Below are positions 12,801-25,501 of a stretch of DNA of 64,000 nt, one piece after another. Position 1 is the stretch's first letter; the number at the start of each line of letters is the position of its first letter. Source of the stretch: Paragordius varius (taxonomy: Eukaryota; Animalia; Nematomorpha); the NCBI GenBank assembly GCA_964247055.1, contig OZ176050.1, positions 372,001 through 436,000 on the forward strand, in the 5' to 3' direction. A program made the translations under genes and the position numbers. The notes under the pieces are model-generated. The model was not told the DNA's origin. It was given only the letters and a program-made list of their open reading frames with translations, and did not search any database.

Positions 12801-15800
12801 GGTAGCCCTATGTTAGTTCCATCATCACCCCAAATATTTTCGAGATTGGAGTATAAATGTAATTTTTATGAATTTTTTAAATATTTAAAAAATTTATTTT
12901 ATACGATTTTAAAAATAAAAATGGCTACCTAAAATCCAAATTTGATCAGGTGATGTCACTATAAAATTTTTGGGTAGCCCTATGGTAGTTCCATCATCAC
13001 CCCAAATATTTTGGGGATCGGACTATAAATGTAATTTTTATGAATTTTTTAAATATTTAAAAAATTTATTTTATACGATTTTAAAAAATGGCTACCTAAA
13101 ATCTAAATTTGATCAGGTGATGTCACCATAATTTTTTTTGGGTAGCCCTATGGTAGTTCCATCATCACCCCAAATATTTTCGAGATCAGAGTATAAATGT
13201 AATTTTTATGAATTTTTTAAATATTTAAAAAATTTATTTTATACGATTTTAAAAATAAAAATGGCTACCTAAAATCCAAATTTGATCAGGTGATGTCACT
13301 ATAATTTTTTTGGATAGCCCTATGGTAGTTCCATCATCACCCCAAATATTTTGGGGATCGGACTATAAATGTAATTTTTATGAAGTTTTTAAATATTTAA
13401 AAAATTTATTTTATACGATTTTAAAAATAAAAATGGCTACCTAAAATCCAAATTTGATCAGGTGATGTCACCATAATTTTTTTTGGGTAGCCCTATGGTA
13501 GTTCCATCATCACCCCAAATATTTTCGAGATCGGAGTATAAATGTAATTTTTTTGAATTTTTTAAATATTTAAAAAATTTATTTTATACGATTTTAAAAA
13601 TAAAAATGGCTACCTAAAATCCAAATTTGATGAGGTGATGTCGTCATAATTTTTTTTGGGTAGCCCTATGGTAGTTCCATCATCACCCCAAATATTTTGG
13701 GGATCGGACTATAAATGTAATTTTTATGAAGTTTTTAAATATTTAAAAAATTTATTTTATACGATTTTAAAAATAAAAATGGCTACCTAAAATCCAAATT
13801 TGATCAGGTGATGTCGCCATAATTTTTTTTGGGTAGCCCTATAGTAGTTCCATCATCACCCCAAATATTTTCGAGATCGGAGTATAAATGTAATTTTTAT
13901 GAATTTTTTAAATATTTAAAAAATTTATTTTATACGATTTTAAAAATAAAAATGGCTACCTAAAATCCAAATTTGATCAGGTGATGTCACCATAATTTTT
14001 TTTGGGCAGCCCTATGGTAGTTCCATCATCACCCCAAATATTTTCGAGATCGGAGTATAAATGTAATTTTTTTGAATTTTTTAAATATTTAAAAAATTTA
14101 TTTTATACGATTTTAAAAATAAAAATGGCTACCTAAAATCCAAATTTGATCAGGTGATGTCGCCATAATTTTTTTTGGGTAGCCCTATGGTAGTTCCATC
14201 ATCACCCCAAATATTTTCGAGATCGGAGTATAAATGTAATTTTTTTGAATTTTTTAAATATTTAAAAAATTTATTTTATACGATTTTAAAAATAAAAATG
14301 GCTACCTAAAATCCAAATTTGATGAGGTGATGTCGTCATAATTTTTTTTGGGTAGCCCTATGGTAGTTCCATCATCACCCCAAATATTTTGGGGATCGGA
14401 GTATAAATGTAATTTTTTTGAATTTTTTAAATATTTAAAAAATTTATTTTATACGATTTTAAAAATAAAAATGGCTACCTAAAATCCAAATTTGATGAGG
14501 TGATGTCGTCATAATTTTTTTTGGGTAGCCCTATGGTAGTTCCATCATCACCCCAAATATTTTGGGGATCGGACTATAAATGTAATTTTTATGAAGTTTT
14601 TAAATATTTAAAAAATTTATTTTATACGATTTTAAAAATAAAAATGGCTACCTAAAATCCAAATTTGATCAGGTGATGTCACCATAATTTTTTTTGGGTA
14701 GCCCTATGGTAGTTCCATCATCACCCCAATTATTTTCGAGATCGGAGTATAAATGTAATTTTTATGAATTTTTTAAATATTTAAAAAATTTATATTATAC
14801 GATTTTAAAAATAAAAATGGCTACCTAAAATCCAAATTTGATCAGGTGATGTCACCATAATTTTTTTTGGGTAGCCCTATGGTAGTTCCATCATCACCCC
14901 AAATATTTTCGAGATCGGAGTATAAATGTAATTTTTATGAATTTTTTAAATATTTAAAAAATTTATTTTATACGATTTTAAAAATAAAAATGGCTACCTA
15001 AAATCCAAATTTGATCAGGTGATGTCACCATAATTTTTTTTGGGCAGCCCTATGGTAGTTCCATCATCACCCCAAATATTTTCGAGATCGGAGTATAAAT
15101 GTAATTTTTATGAATTTTTTAAATATTTAAAAAATTTATTTTATACGATTTTAAAAATAAAAATGGCTACCTAAAATCCAAATTTGATCAGGTGATGTCA
15201 CCATAATTTTTTTGGGTAGCCCTATGGTAGTTCCATCATCACCCCGAATACTTTGGGGATCGGACTATAAATGTAATTTTTTTGAATTTTTTAAATATTT
15301 AAAAAATTTATTTTATACGATTTTAAAAATAAAAATGGCTACCTAAAATCCAAATTTGATCAGGTGATGTCGCCATATTTTTTTTTGCGTAGCCCTATGG
15401 TAGTTCCATCATCACCCCAAATATTTTGGGGATCGGACTATAAATGTAATTTTTAGGAATTTTTTAAATATTTAAAAAATTTATTTTATACGATTTTAAA
15501 AATAAAAATGGCTACCTAAAATCCAAATTTGATCAGGTGATGTCACCATAATTTTTTTTGGGTAGCCCTATGGTAGTTCCATCATCACCCCAAATATTTT
15601 CGAGATCGGAATATAAATGTAATTTTTATGAATTTTTTAAATATTTAAAAAATTTATTTTATACGATTTTAAAAATAAAAATGGCTACCTAAAATCCAAA
15701 TTTGATCAAATGATGTCACCATAATTTTTTTTGGGTAGCCCTATGGTAGTTCCATCATCACCCCAAATATTGTCGAGATCGGAGTATAAATGTAATTTTT

Positions 15801-17052
15801 TTGAATTTTTTAAATATTTAAAAAATTTATTTTATACGATTTTAAAAATAAAAATGGCTACCTAAAATCCAAATTTGATCAGGTGATGTCGCCATAATTT
15901 TTTTTGGGTAGCCCTATGGTAGTTCCATCATCACCCCAAATATTTTCGAGATCGGAGTATAAATGTAATTTTTATGAATTTTTTAAATATTTAAAAAATT
16001 TATTTTATACGATTTTAAAAATAAAAATGGCTACCTAAAATCCAAATTTGATCAGGTGATATCACCATAATTTTTTTTGGGTAGCCCTATGGTAGTTCCA
16101 TCATCACCCCAAATATTTTCGAGATCGGAGTATAAATGTAATTTTTATGAATTTTTTAAATATTTAAAAAATTTATTTTATACGATTTTAAAAATAAAAA
16201 TGGCTACCTAAAATCCAAATTTGATCAGGTGATGTCACCATAATTTTTTTTGGGTAGCCCTATGTTAGTTCCATCATCACCCCAAATATTTTCGTGATCG
16301 GAGTATAAATGTAATTTTTATGAATTTTTTAAATATTTAAAAAATTTATTTTATACGATTTTATAAATAAAAATGGCTACCTAAAATCCAAATTTGATCA
16401 GGTGATGTCACCATAATTTTTTTTGGGTAGCCCTATGTTAGTTCCATCATCACCCCAAATATTTTCGAGATTGGAGTATAAATGTAATTTTTATGAATTT
16501 TTTAAATATTTAAAAAATTTATTTTATACGATTTTAAAAATAAAAATGGCTACCTAAAATCCAAATTTGATCAGGTGATGTCACTATAAAATTTTTGGGT
16601 AGCCCTATGGTAGTTCCATCATCACCCCAAATATTTTGGGGATCGGACTATAAATGTAATTTTTATGAATTTTTTAAATATTTAAAAAATTTATTTTATA
16701 CGATTTTAAAAAATGGCTACCTAAAATCTAAATTTGATCAGGTGATGTCACCATAATTTTTTTTGGGTAGCCCTATGGTAGTTCCATCATCACCCCAAAT
16801 ATTTTCGAGATCAGAGTATAAATGTAATTTTTATGAATTTTTTAAATATTTAAAAAATTTATTTTATACGATTTTAAAAATAAAAATGGCTACCTAAAAT
16901 CCAAATTTGATCAGGTGATGTCACTATAATTTTTTTGGATAGCCCTATGGTAGTTCCATCATCACCCCAAATATTTTGGGGATCGGACTATAAATGTAAT
17001 TTTTATGAATTTTTTAAATATTTAAAAAATTTATTTTATACGATTTTAAAAA
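9808..17052 (+). repeat. Tandem 21-monomer higher-order repeat, two copies (9808-13432 and 13433-17052; period 3625 bp)
   Basis: CCAATTATTT at 11101 and 14726, TCAAATG at 12081 and 15706, GATATC monomer at 12402 and 16027, all at offset 3625. Confidence 0.93.
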
Positions 17053-20000
17053 ATGGCTTCCTAAAATCCAAATTTGATCAGGTGATGTCACCATAATTTT
17101 TTTTGGGTAGCCCTATGGTAGTTCCATCATCACCCTAAATATTTTCGAGATCAGAGTATAAATGTAATTTTTATGAATTTTTTAAATATTTAAAAAATTT
17201 ATTTTATACGATTTTAAAAATAAAAATGGCTATCCTAAAATCCAAATTTGATCAGGTGATGTCACTATAATTTTTTTGGGTAGCCCTATGGTAGTTCCAT
17301 CATCACCCCAATTATTTTCGAGATCGGAGTATAAATGTAATTTTTATGAATTTTTTAAATATTTAAAAAATTTATTTTATACGATTGAAATTATAAAAAT
17401 GGCTACCTAAAATCCAAATTTGATCAGGTGATGTCACCATAATTTTTTTTGGGTAGCCCTATGGTAGTTCCATCATCACCCCAAATATTTTCGAGATCGG
17501 AGTATAAATGTATTTTTTATGAATTTTTTAAATATTTAAAAAATTTATTTTATACGATTTTAAAAATAAAAATGGCTACCTAAAATCCAAATTTGATCAG
17601 GTGATGTCGCCATAATTTTTTTTGGGTAGCCCTATGGTAGTTCCATCATCACCCCAAATATTTTCGAGATCGGAGTATAAATGTAATTTTTATGAATTTT
17701 TTAAATATTTAAAAAATTTATTTTATACGATTTTAAAAATAAAAATGGCTACCTAAAATCCAAATTTGATCAGGTGATGTCACTATAATTTTTTAACTAT
17801 GGTAGTTCCATCATCACCCCAAATACTTTGGGGATCGGACTATAATTTTTATGAATTTTTTTAATATTTAAAAAATTTATTTTATACGATTTTAAAAATA
17901 AAAATGGCTACCTAAAATCCAAATTTGATCAGGTGATGTCACCATAATTTTTTTTGGGTAGCCCTATGGTGGTTCCATCATCACCCCAAATATTTTCGAG
18001 ATCGGAGTATAAATGTAATTTTTATGAATTTTTTAAATATTTAAAAAATTTATTTTATACGATTTTAAAAATAAAAATGGCTACCTAAAATCCAAATTTG
18101 ATCAGGTGATGTCACCATAATTTTTTTTGGGTAGCCCTATGGTAGTTCCATCATCACCCCAAATATTGTCGAGATCGGAGTATAAATGTAATTTTTTTGA
18201 ATTTTTTAAATATTTAAAAAATTTATTTTATACGATTTTAAAAATAAAAATGGCTACCTAAAATCCAAATTTGATCAGGTGATGTCACCATAATTTTTTT
18301 TGGGTAGCCCTATGGTAGTTCCATCATCACCCCAAATATTTTCGAGATCGGAGTATACATGTAATTTTTATGAATTTTTTAAATATTTAAAAAACTTATT
18401 TTATACGATTTTAAAAATAAAAATGGCTACCTAAAATCCAAATTTGATCAGGTGATGTCACTATAATTTTTTTGGGTAGCCCTATGGTAGTTCCATCATC
18501 ACCCCAAATATTTTCGAGATCGGAGTATAAATGTAATTTTTATGAATTTTATAAATATTTAAAAAATTTATTTTATACGATTTTAAAAATAAAAATGGCT
18601 ACCTAAAATCCAAATTTGATCAGGTGATGTCACCATAATATTTTTTTGGGTAGCCCTATAGTAGTTCCATCATCACCCCAAATATTTTCGAGATCGGAGT
18701 ATAAATGTAATTTTTATGAATTTTTTAAATATTTAAAAAATTTATTTTATACGATTTTAAAAATAAAAATGGCTGCCTAAAATCCAAATTTGATCAGGTG
18801 ATGTCACCATAATTTTTTAAGGTAGCCCTATGGTAGTTCCATCATCACCCCAAATATTTTCGAGATCGGGGTATAAATGTAATTTTTATGAATTTTTTAA
18901 ATATTTAAAAAATTTATTTTATACGATTTTAAAAATAAAAATGGCTACCTAAAATCCAAATTTGATCAGGTGATGTCACCATAATTTTTTTTGGGTAGCC
19001 CTATGGTAGTTCCATCATCACCCCAAATATTGTCGAGATCGGAGTATAAATGTAATTTTTTTGAATTTTTTAAATATTTAAAAAATTTATTTTATACGAT
19101 TTTAAAAATAAAAATGGCTACCTAAAATCCAAATTTGATCAGGTGATGTCACCATAATTTTTTTTGGGTAGCCCTATGGTAGTTCCATCATCACCCCAAA
19201 TATTTTCGAGATCGGAGTATAAATGTAATTTTTATGAATTTTTTAAATATTTAAAAAATTTATTTTATACGATTTTAAAAATAAAAATGGCTACCTAAAA
19301 TCCAAATTTGATCAGGTGATGTCCCATAATTTTTTTTGGGTAGCCCTATGGTAGTTCCATCATCACCCCAAATATTTTCGAGATCGGAGTATAAATGTAA
19401 TTTTTATGAATTTTTTAAATATTTAAAAAATTTATTTTATACGATTTTAAAAATAAAAATGGCTACCTAAAATCCAAATTTGATCAGGTGATGTCACCAT
19501 AATTTTTTTTGGGTAGCCCTATGGTAGTTCCATCATCACCCCAAATATTGTCGAGATCGGAGTATAAATGTAATTTTTTTGAATTTTTTAAATATTTAAA
19601 AATATTATTTTATACGATTTTAAAAATAAAAATGGCTACCTAAAATCCAAATTTGATCAGGTGATGTCGCCATAATTTTTTTTGGGTAGCCCTATAGTAG
19701 TTCCATCATCACCCCAAATATTTTCGAGATCGGAGTATAAATGTAATTTTTATGAATTTTTTAAATATTTAAAAAATTTATTTTATACGATTTTAAAAAT
19801 AAAAATGGCTACCTAAAATCCAAATTTGATCAGGTGATGTCACCATAATTTTTTAAGGTAGCCCTATGGTAGTTCCATCATCACCCCAAATATTTTCGAG
19901 ATCGGGGTATAAATGTAATTTTTATGAAGTTTTTAAATATTTAAAAAATTTATTTTATACGATTTTAAAAATAAAAATGGCTACCTAAAATCCAAATTTG

Positions 20001-20322
20001 ATCAGGTGATGTCACCATAATTTTTTTTGGGTAGCCCTATGGTAGTTCCATCATCACCCCAAATATTTTCGAGATCGGAGTATAAATCTAATTTTTATGA
20101 ATTTTTTAAATATTTAAAAAATTTATTTTATACGATTTTAAAAATAAAAATGGCTACCTAAAATCCAAATTTGATCAGGTGATGTCACCATAATTTTTTT
20201 TGGGTAGCCCTATGGTAGTTCCATCATCACCCCAAATATTTTCGAGATCGGAGTATAAATGTAATTTTTATGAATTTTTTAAATATTTAAAAAATTTATT
20301 TTATACGATTTTAAAAATAAAA

Positions 20323-22568
20323 ATGGCTACCTAAAATCCAAATTTGATCAGGTGATGTCACCATATTTTTTTTGGGTAGCCCTATGGTAGTTCCATCATC
20401 ACCCCAAATATTGTCGAGATCGGAGTATAAATGTAATTTTTTTGAATTTTTTAAATATTTAAAAATATTATTTTATACGATTTTAAAAATAAAAATGGCT
20501 ACCTAAAATCCAAATTTGATCAGGTGATGTCGCCATAATTTTTTTTGGGTAGCCCTATAGTAGTTCCATCATCACCCCAAATATTTTCGAGATCGGAGTA
20601 TAAATGTAATTTTTATGAATTTTTTAAATATTTAAAAAATTTATTTTATACGATTTTAAAAATAAAAATGGCTACCTAAAATCCAAATTTGATCAGGTGA
20701 TGTCACCATAATTTTTTAAGGTAGCCCTATGGTAGTTCCATCATCACCCCAAATATTTTCGAGATCGGGGTATAAATGTAATTTTTATGAATTTTTTAAA
20801 TATTTAAAAAATTTATTTTATACGATTTTAAAAATAAAAATGGCTACCTAAAATCCAAATTTGATCAGGTGATGTCACCATAATTTTTTTTGGGTAGCCC
20901 TATGGTAGTTCCATCATCACCCCAAATATTGTCGAGATCGGAGTATAAATGTAATTTTTTTGAATTTTTAAAATATTTAAAAAATTTATTTTATACGATT
21001 TTAAAAATAAAAATGGCTACCCAAAATCCAAATTTGATCAGGTGATGTCGTCATAATTTTTTTTGGGTAGCCCTATGGTAGTTCCATCATCACCCCAAAT
21101 ATTTTGGGGATCGGACTATAAATGTAATTTTTATGAAGTTTTTAAATATTTAAAAAATTTATTTTATACGATTTTAAAAATAAAAATGGCTACCTAAAAT
21201 CCAAATTTGATCAGGTGATGTCACCATAATTTTTTTTGGGTAGCCCTATGGTAGTTCCATCATCACCCCAAATATTTTCGAGATCGGAGTATAAATGTAA
21301 TTTTTATGAATTTTTTAAATATTTAAAAAATTTATTTTATACGATTTTAAAAATAAAAATGGCTACCTAAAATCCAAATTTGATCAGGTGATGTCACCAT
21401 AATTTTTTTTGGGTAGCCCTATGGTAGTTCCATCATCACCCCAAATATTTTCGAGATCGGAGTATAAATGTAATTTTTATGAATTTTTTAAATATTTAAA
21501 AAATTTATTTTATACGATTTTAAAAATAAAAATGGCTACCTAAAATCCAAATTTGATCAGGTGATGTCACCATAATTTTTTTTGGGTAGCCCTATGGTAG
21601 TTCCATCATCACCCCAAATATTGTCGAGATCGGAGTATAAATGTAATTTTTTTGAATTTTTTAAATATTTAAAAATATTATTTTATACGATTTTAAAAAT
21701 AAAAATGGCTACCTAAAATCCAAATTTGATCAGGTGATGTCGCCATAATTTTTTTTGGGTAGCCCTATAGTAGTTCCATCATCACCCCAAATATTTTCGA
21801 GATCGGAGTATAAATGTAATTTTTATGAATTTTTTAAATATTTAAAAAATTTATTTTATACGATTTTAAAAATAAAAATGGCTACCTAAAATCCAAATTT
21901 GATCAGGTGATGTCACCATAATTTTTTAAGGTAGCCCTATGGTAGTTCCATCATCACCCCAAATATTTTCGAGATCGGGGTATAAATGTAATTTTTATGA
22001 ATTTTTTAAATATTTAAAAAATTTATTTTATACGATTTTAAAAATAAAAATGGCTACCTAAAATCCAAATTTGATCAGGTGATGTCACCATAATTTTTTT
22101 TGGGTAGCCCTATGGTAGTTCCATCATCACCCCAAATATTGTCGAGATCGGGGTATAAATGTAATTTTTTTGAATTTTTTAAATATTTAAAAAATTTATT
22201 TTATACGATTTTAAAAATAAAAATGGCTACATAAAATCCAAATTTGATCAGGTGATGTCGTCATAATTTTTTTTGGGTAGCCCTATGGTAGTTCCATCAT
22301 CACCCCAAATATTTTGGGGATCGGACTATAAATGTAATTTTTATGAAGTTTTTAAATATTTAAAAAATTTATTTTATACGATTTTAAAAATAAAAATGGC
22401 TACCTAAAATCCAAATTTGATCAGGTGATGTCACCATAATTTTTTTTGGGTAGCCCTATGGTAGTTCCATCATCACCCCAAATATTTTCGAGATCGGAGT
22501 ATAAATGTAATTTTTATGAATTTTTTAAATATTTAAAAAATTTATTTTATACGATTTTAAAAATAAAA
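20323..22568 (+). repeat. Seven-monomer duplication (20323-21531, partial copy 21532-22568; offset about 1209-1210 bp)
   Basis: T6AAGG at about 20719 and 21929. It is followed in both copies by a TTGTCG unit and a GTCGTC/GGGG/GAAG unit. Confidence 0.75.
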
Positions 22569-25501
22569 ATGGCTACCTAAAATCCAAATTTGATCAGGTG
22601 ATGTCACCATAATTTTTTTTGGGTAGCCCTATGGTAGTTCCATCATCACCCCAAATATTGTCGAGATCGGAGTATAAATGTAATTTTTTTGAATTTTTTA
22701 AATATTTAAAAATATTATTTTATACGATTTTAAAAATAAAAATGGCTACCTAAAATCCAAATTTGATCTAGTGATGTCGCCATAATTTTTTTTGGGTAGC
22801 CCTATAGTAGTTCCATCATCACCCCAAATATTTTCGAGATCGGAGTATAAAAGTAATTTTTATGAATTTTTTAAATATTTAAAAAATTTATTTTATACGA
22901 TTTTAAAAATAAAAATGGCTACCTAAAATCCAAATTTGATCAGGTGATGTCACCATAATTTTTTTTGGGTAGCCCTATGGTAGTTCCATCATCACCCCAA
23001 ATATTTTCGAGATCGGAATATAAATGTAATTTTTATGAATTTTTTAAATATTTAAAAAATTTATTTTATACGATTTTAAAAATAAAAATGGCTACCTAAA
23101 ATCCAAATTTGATCAGGTGATGTCACCATAATTTTTTTTGGGTAGCCCTATGGTAGTTCCATCATCACCCCAAATATTGTCGAGATCGGAGTATAAATGT
23201 AATTTTTTTGAATTTTTTAAATATTTAAAAAATTTATTTTATACGATTTTAAAAATAAAAATGGCTACCTAAAATCCAAATTTGATCAGGTGATGTCGCC
23301 ATAATTTTTTTTGGGTAGCCCTATGGTAGTTCCATCATCACTCCAAATATTTTCGAGATCGGAGTATAAATGTAATTTTTATGAATTTTTTAAATATTTA
23401 AAAAATTTATTTTATACGATTTTAAAAATAAAAATGGCTACCTAAAATCCAAATTTGATCAGGTGATATCACCATAATTTTTTTTGGGTAGCCCTATGGT
23501 AGTTCCATCATCACCCCAAATATTTTCGAGATCGGAGTATAAATGTAATTTTTATGAATTTTTTAAATATTTAAAAAATTTATTTTATACGATTTTAAAA
23601 ATAAAAATGGCTACCTAAAATCCAAATTTGATCAGGTGATGTCACCATAATTTTTTTTGGGTAGCCCTATGTTAGTTCCATCATTACCCCAAATATTTTC
23701 GAGATCGGAGTATAAATGTAATTTTTATGAATTTTTTAAATATTTAAAAAATTTATTTTATACGATTTTATAAATAAAAATGGCTACCTAAAATCCAAAT
23801 TTGATCAGGTGATGTCACCATAATTTTTTTTGGGTAGCCCTATGTTAGTTCCATCATCACCCCAAATATTTTCGAGATCGGAGTATAAATGTAATTTTTA
23901 TGAATTTTTTAAATATTTAAAAAATTTATTTTATACGATTTTAAAAATAAAAATGGCTACCTAAAATCCAAATTTGATCAGGTGATGTCACTATAATTTT
24001 TTTGGGTAGCCCTATGGTAGTTCCATCATCACCCCAAATATTTTGGGGATCGGACTATAAATGTAATTTTTATGAATTTTTTAAATATTTAAAAAATTAA
24101 TTTTATACGATTTTAAAAAATGGCTACCTAAAATCCAAATTTGATCAGGTGATGTCACCATAATTTTTTTTGCGTAGCCCTATGGTAGTTCCATCATCAC
24201 CCCAAATATTTTGGGGATCGGACTATAAATGTAATTTTTATGAATTTTTTAAATATTTAAAAAATTTATTTTATACGATTTTAAAAATAAAAATGGCTAC
24301 CTAAAATCCAAATTTGATCAGGTGATGTCACTATAATTTTTTTGGGTAGCCCTATGGTAGTTCCATCATCACCCCAAATATTTTGGGGATCGGACTATAA
24401 ATGTAATTTTTATGAATTTTTTAAATATTTAAAAAATTTATTTTATACGATTTTAAAAATAAAAATGGCTACCTAAAATCCAAATTTGATCAGGTGATGT
24501 CACTATAATTTTTTTGGGTAGCCCTATGGTAGTTCCATCATCACCCCAAATATTTTCGAGATCGGAGTATAAATGTAATTTTTATGAATTTTTTAAATAT
24601 TTAAAAAATTTATTTTATACGATTTTAAAAATAAAAATGGCTACCTAAAATCCAAATTTGATCAGGTGATGTCACCATAATTTTTTTGGGTAGCCCTATG
24701 GTAGTTCCATCATCACCCCGAATACTTTGGGGATCGGACTATAAATGTAATTTTTTTGAATTTTTTAAATATTTAAAAAATTTATTTTATACGATTTTAA
24801 AAATAAAAATGGCTACCTAAAATCCAAATTTGATCAGGTGATGTCGCCATAATTTTTTTTGGGTAGCCACCTATGGTAGTTCCATCATCACCCCAAATAT
24901 TTTCGAGATCGGAGTATAAATGTAATTTTTATGAATTTTTTAAATATTTAAAAAATTTATTTTATACGATTTTAAAAATAAAAATGGCTACCTAAAATCC
25001 AAATTTGATCAGGTGATGTCACTATAATTTTTTTGGGTAGCCCTATGGTAGTTCCATCATCACCCGAAATATTTTCGAGATCGGAGTTTAAATGTAATTT
25101 TTATGAATTTTTTAAATATTTAAAAAATTTATTTTATACGATTTTAAAAATAAAAATGGCTACCTAAAATCCAAATTTGATCAGGTGATGTCACCATAAT
25201 TTTTTTTGGGTAGCCCTATGGTAGTTCCATCATCACCCCAAATATTTTCGAGATCGGAGTATAAATGTATTTTTTATGAATTTTTTAAATATTTAAAAAA
25301 TTTATTTTATACGATTTTAAAAATAAAAATGGCTACCTAAAATCCAAATTTGATCAGGTGATGTCGCCATAATTTTTTTTGGGTAGCCCTATGGTAGTTC
25401 CATCATCACCCCAAATATTTTCGAGATCGGAGTATAAATGTAATTTTTATGAATTTTTTAAATATTTAAAAAATTTATTTTATACGATTTTAAAAATAAA
25501 A

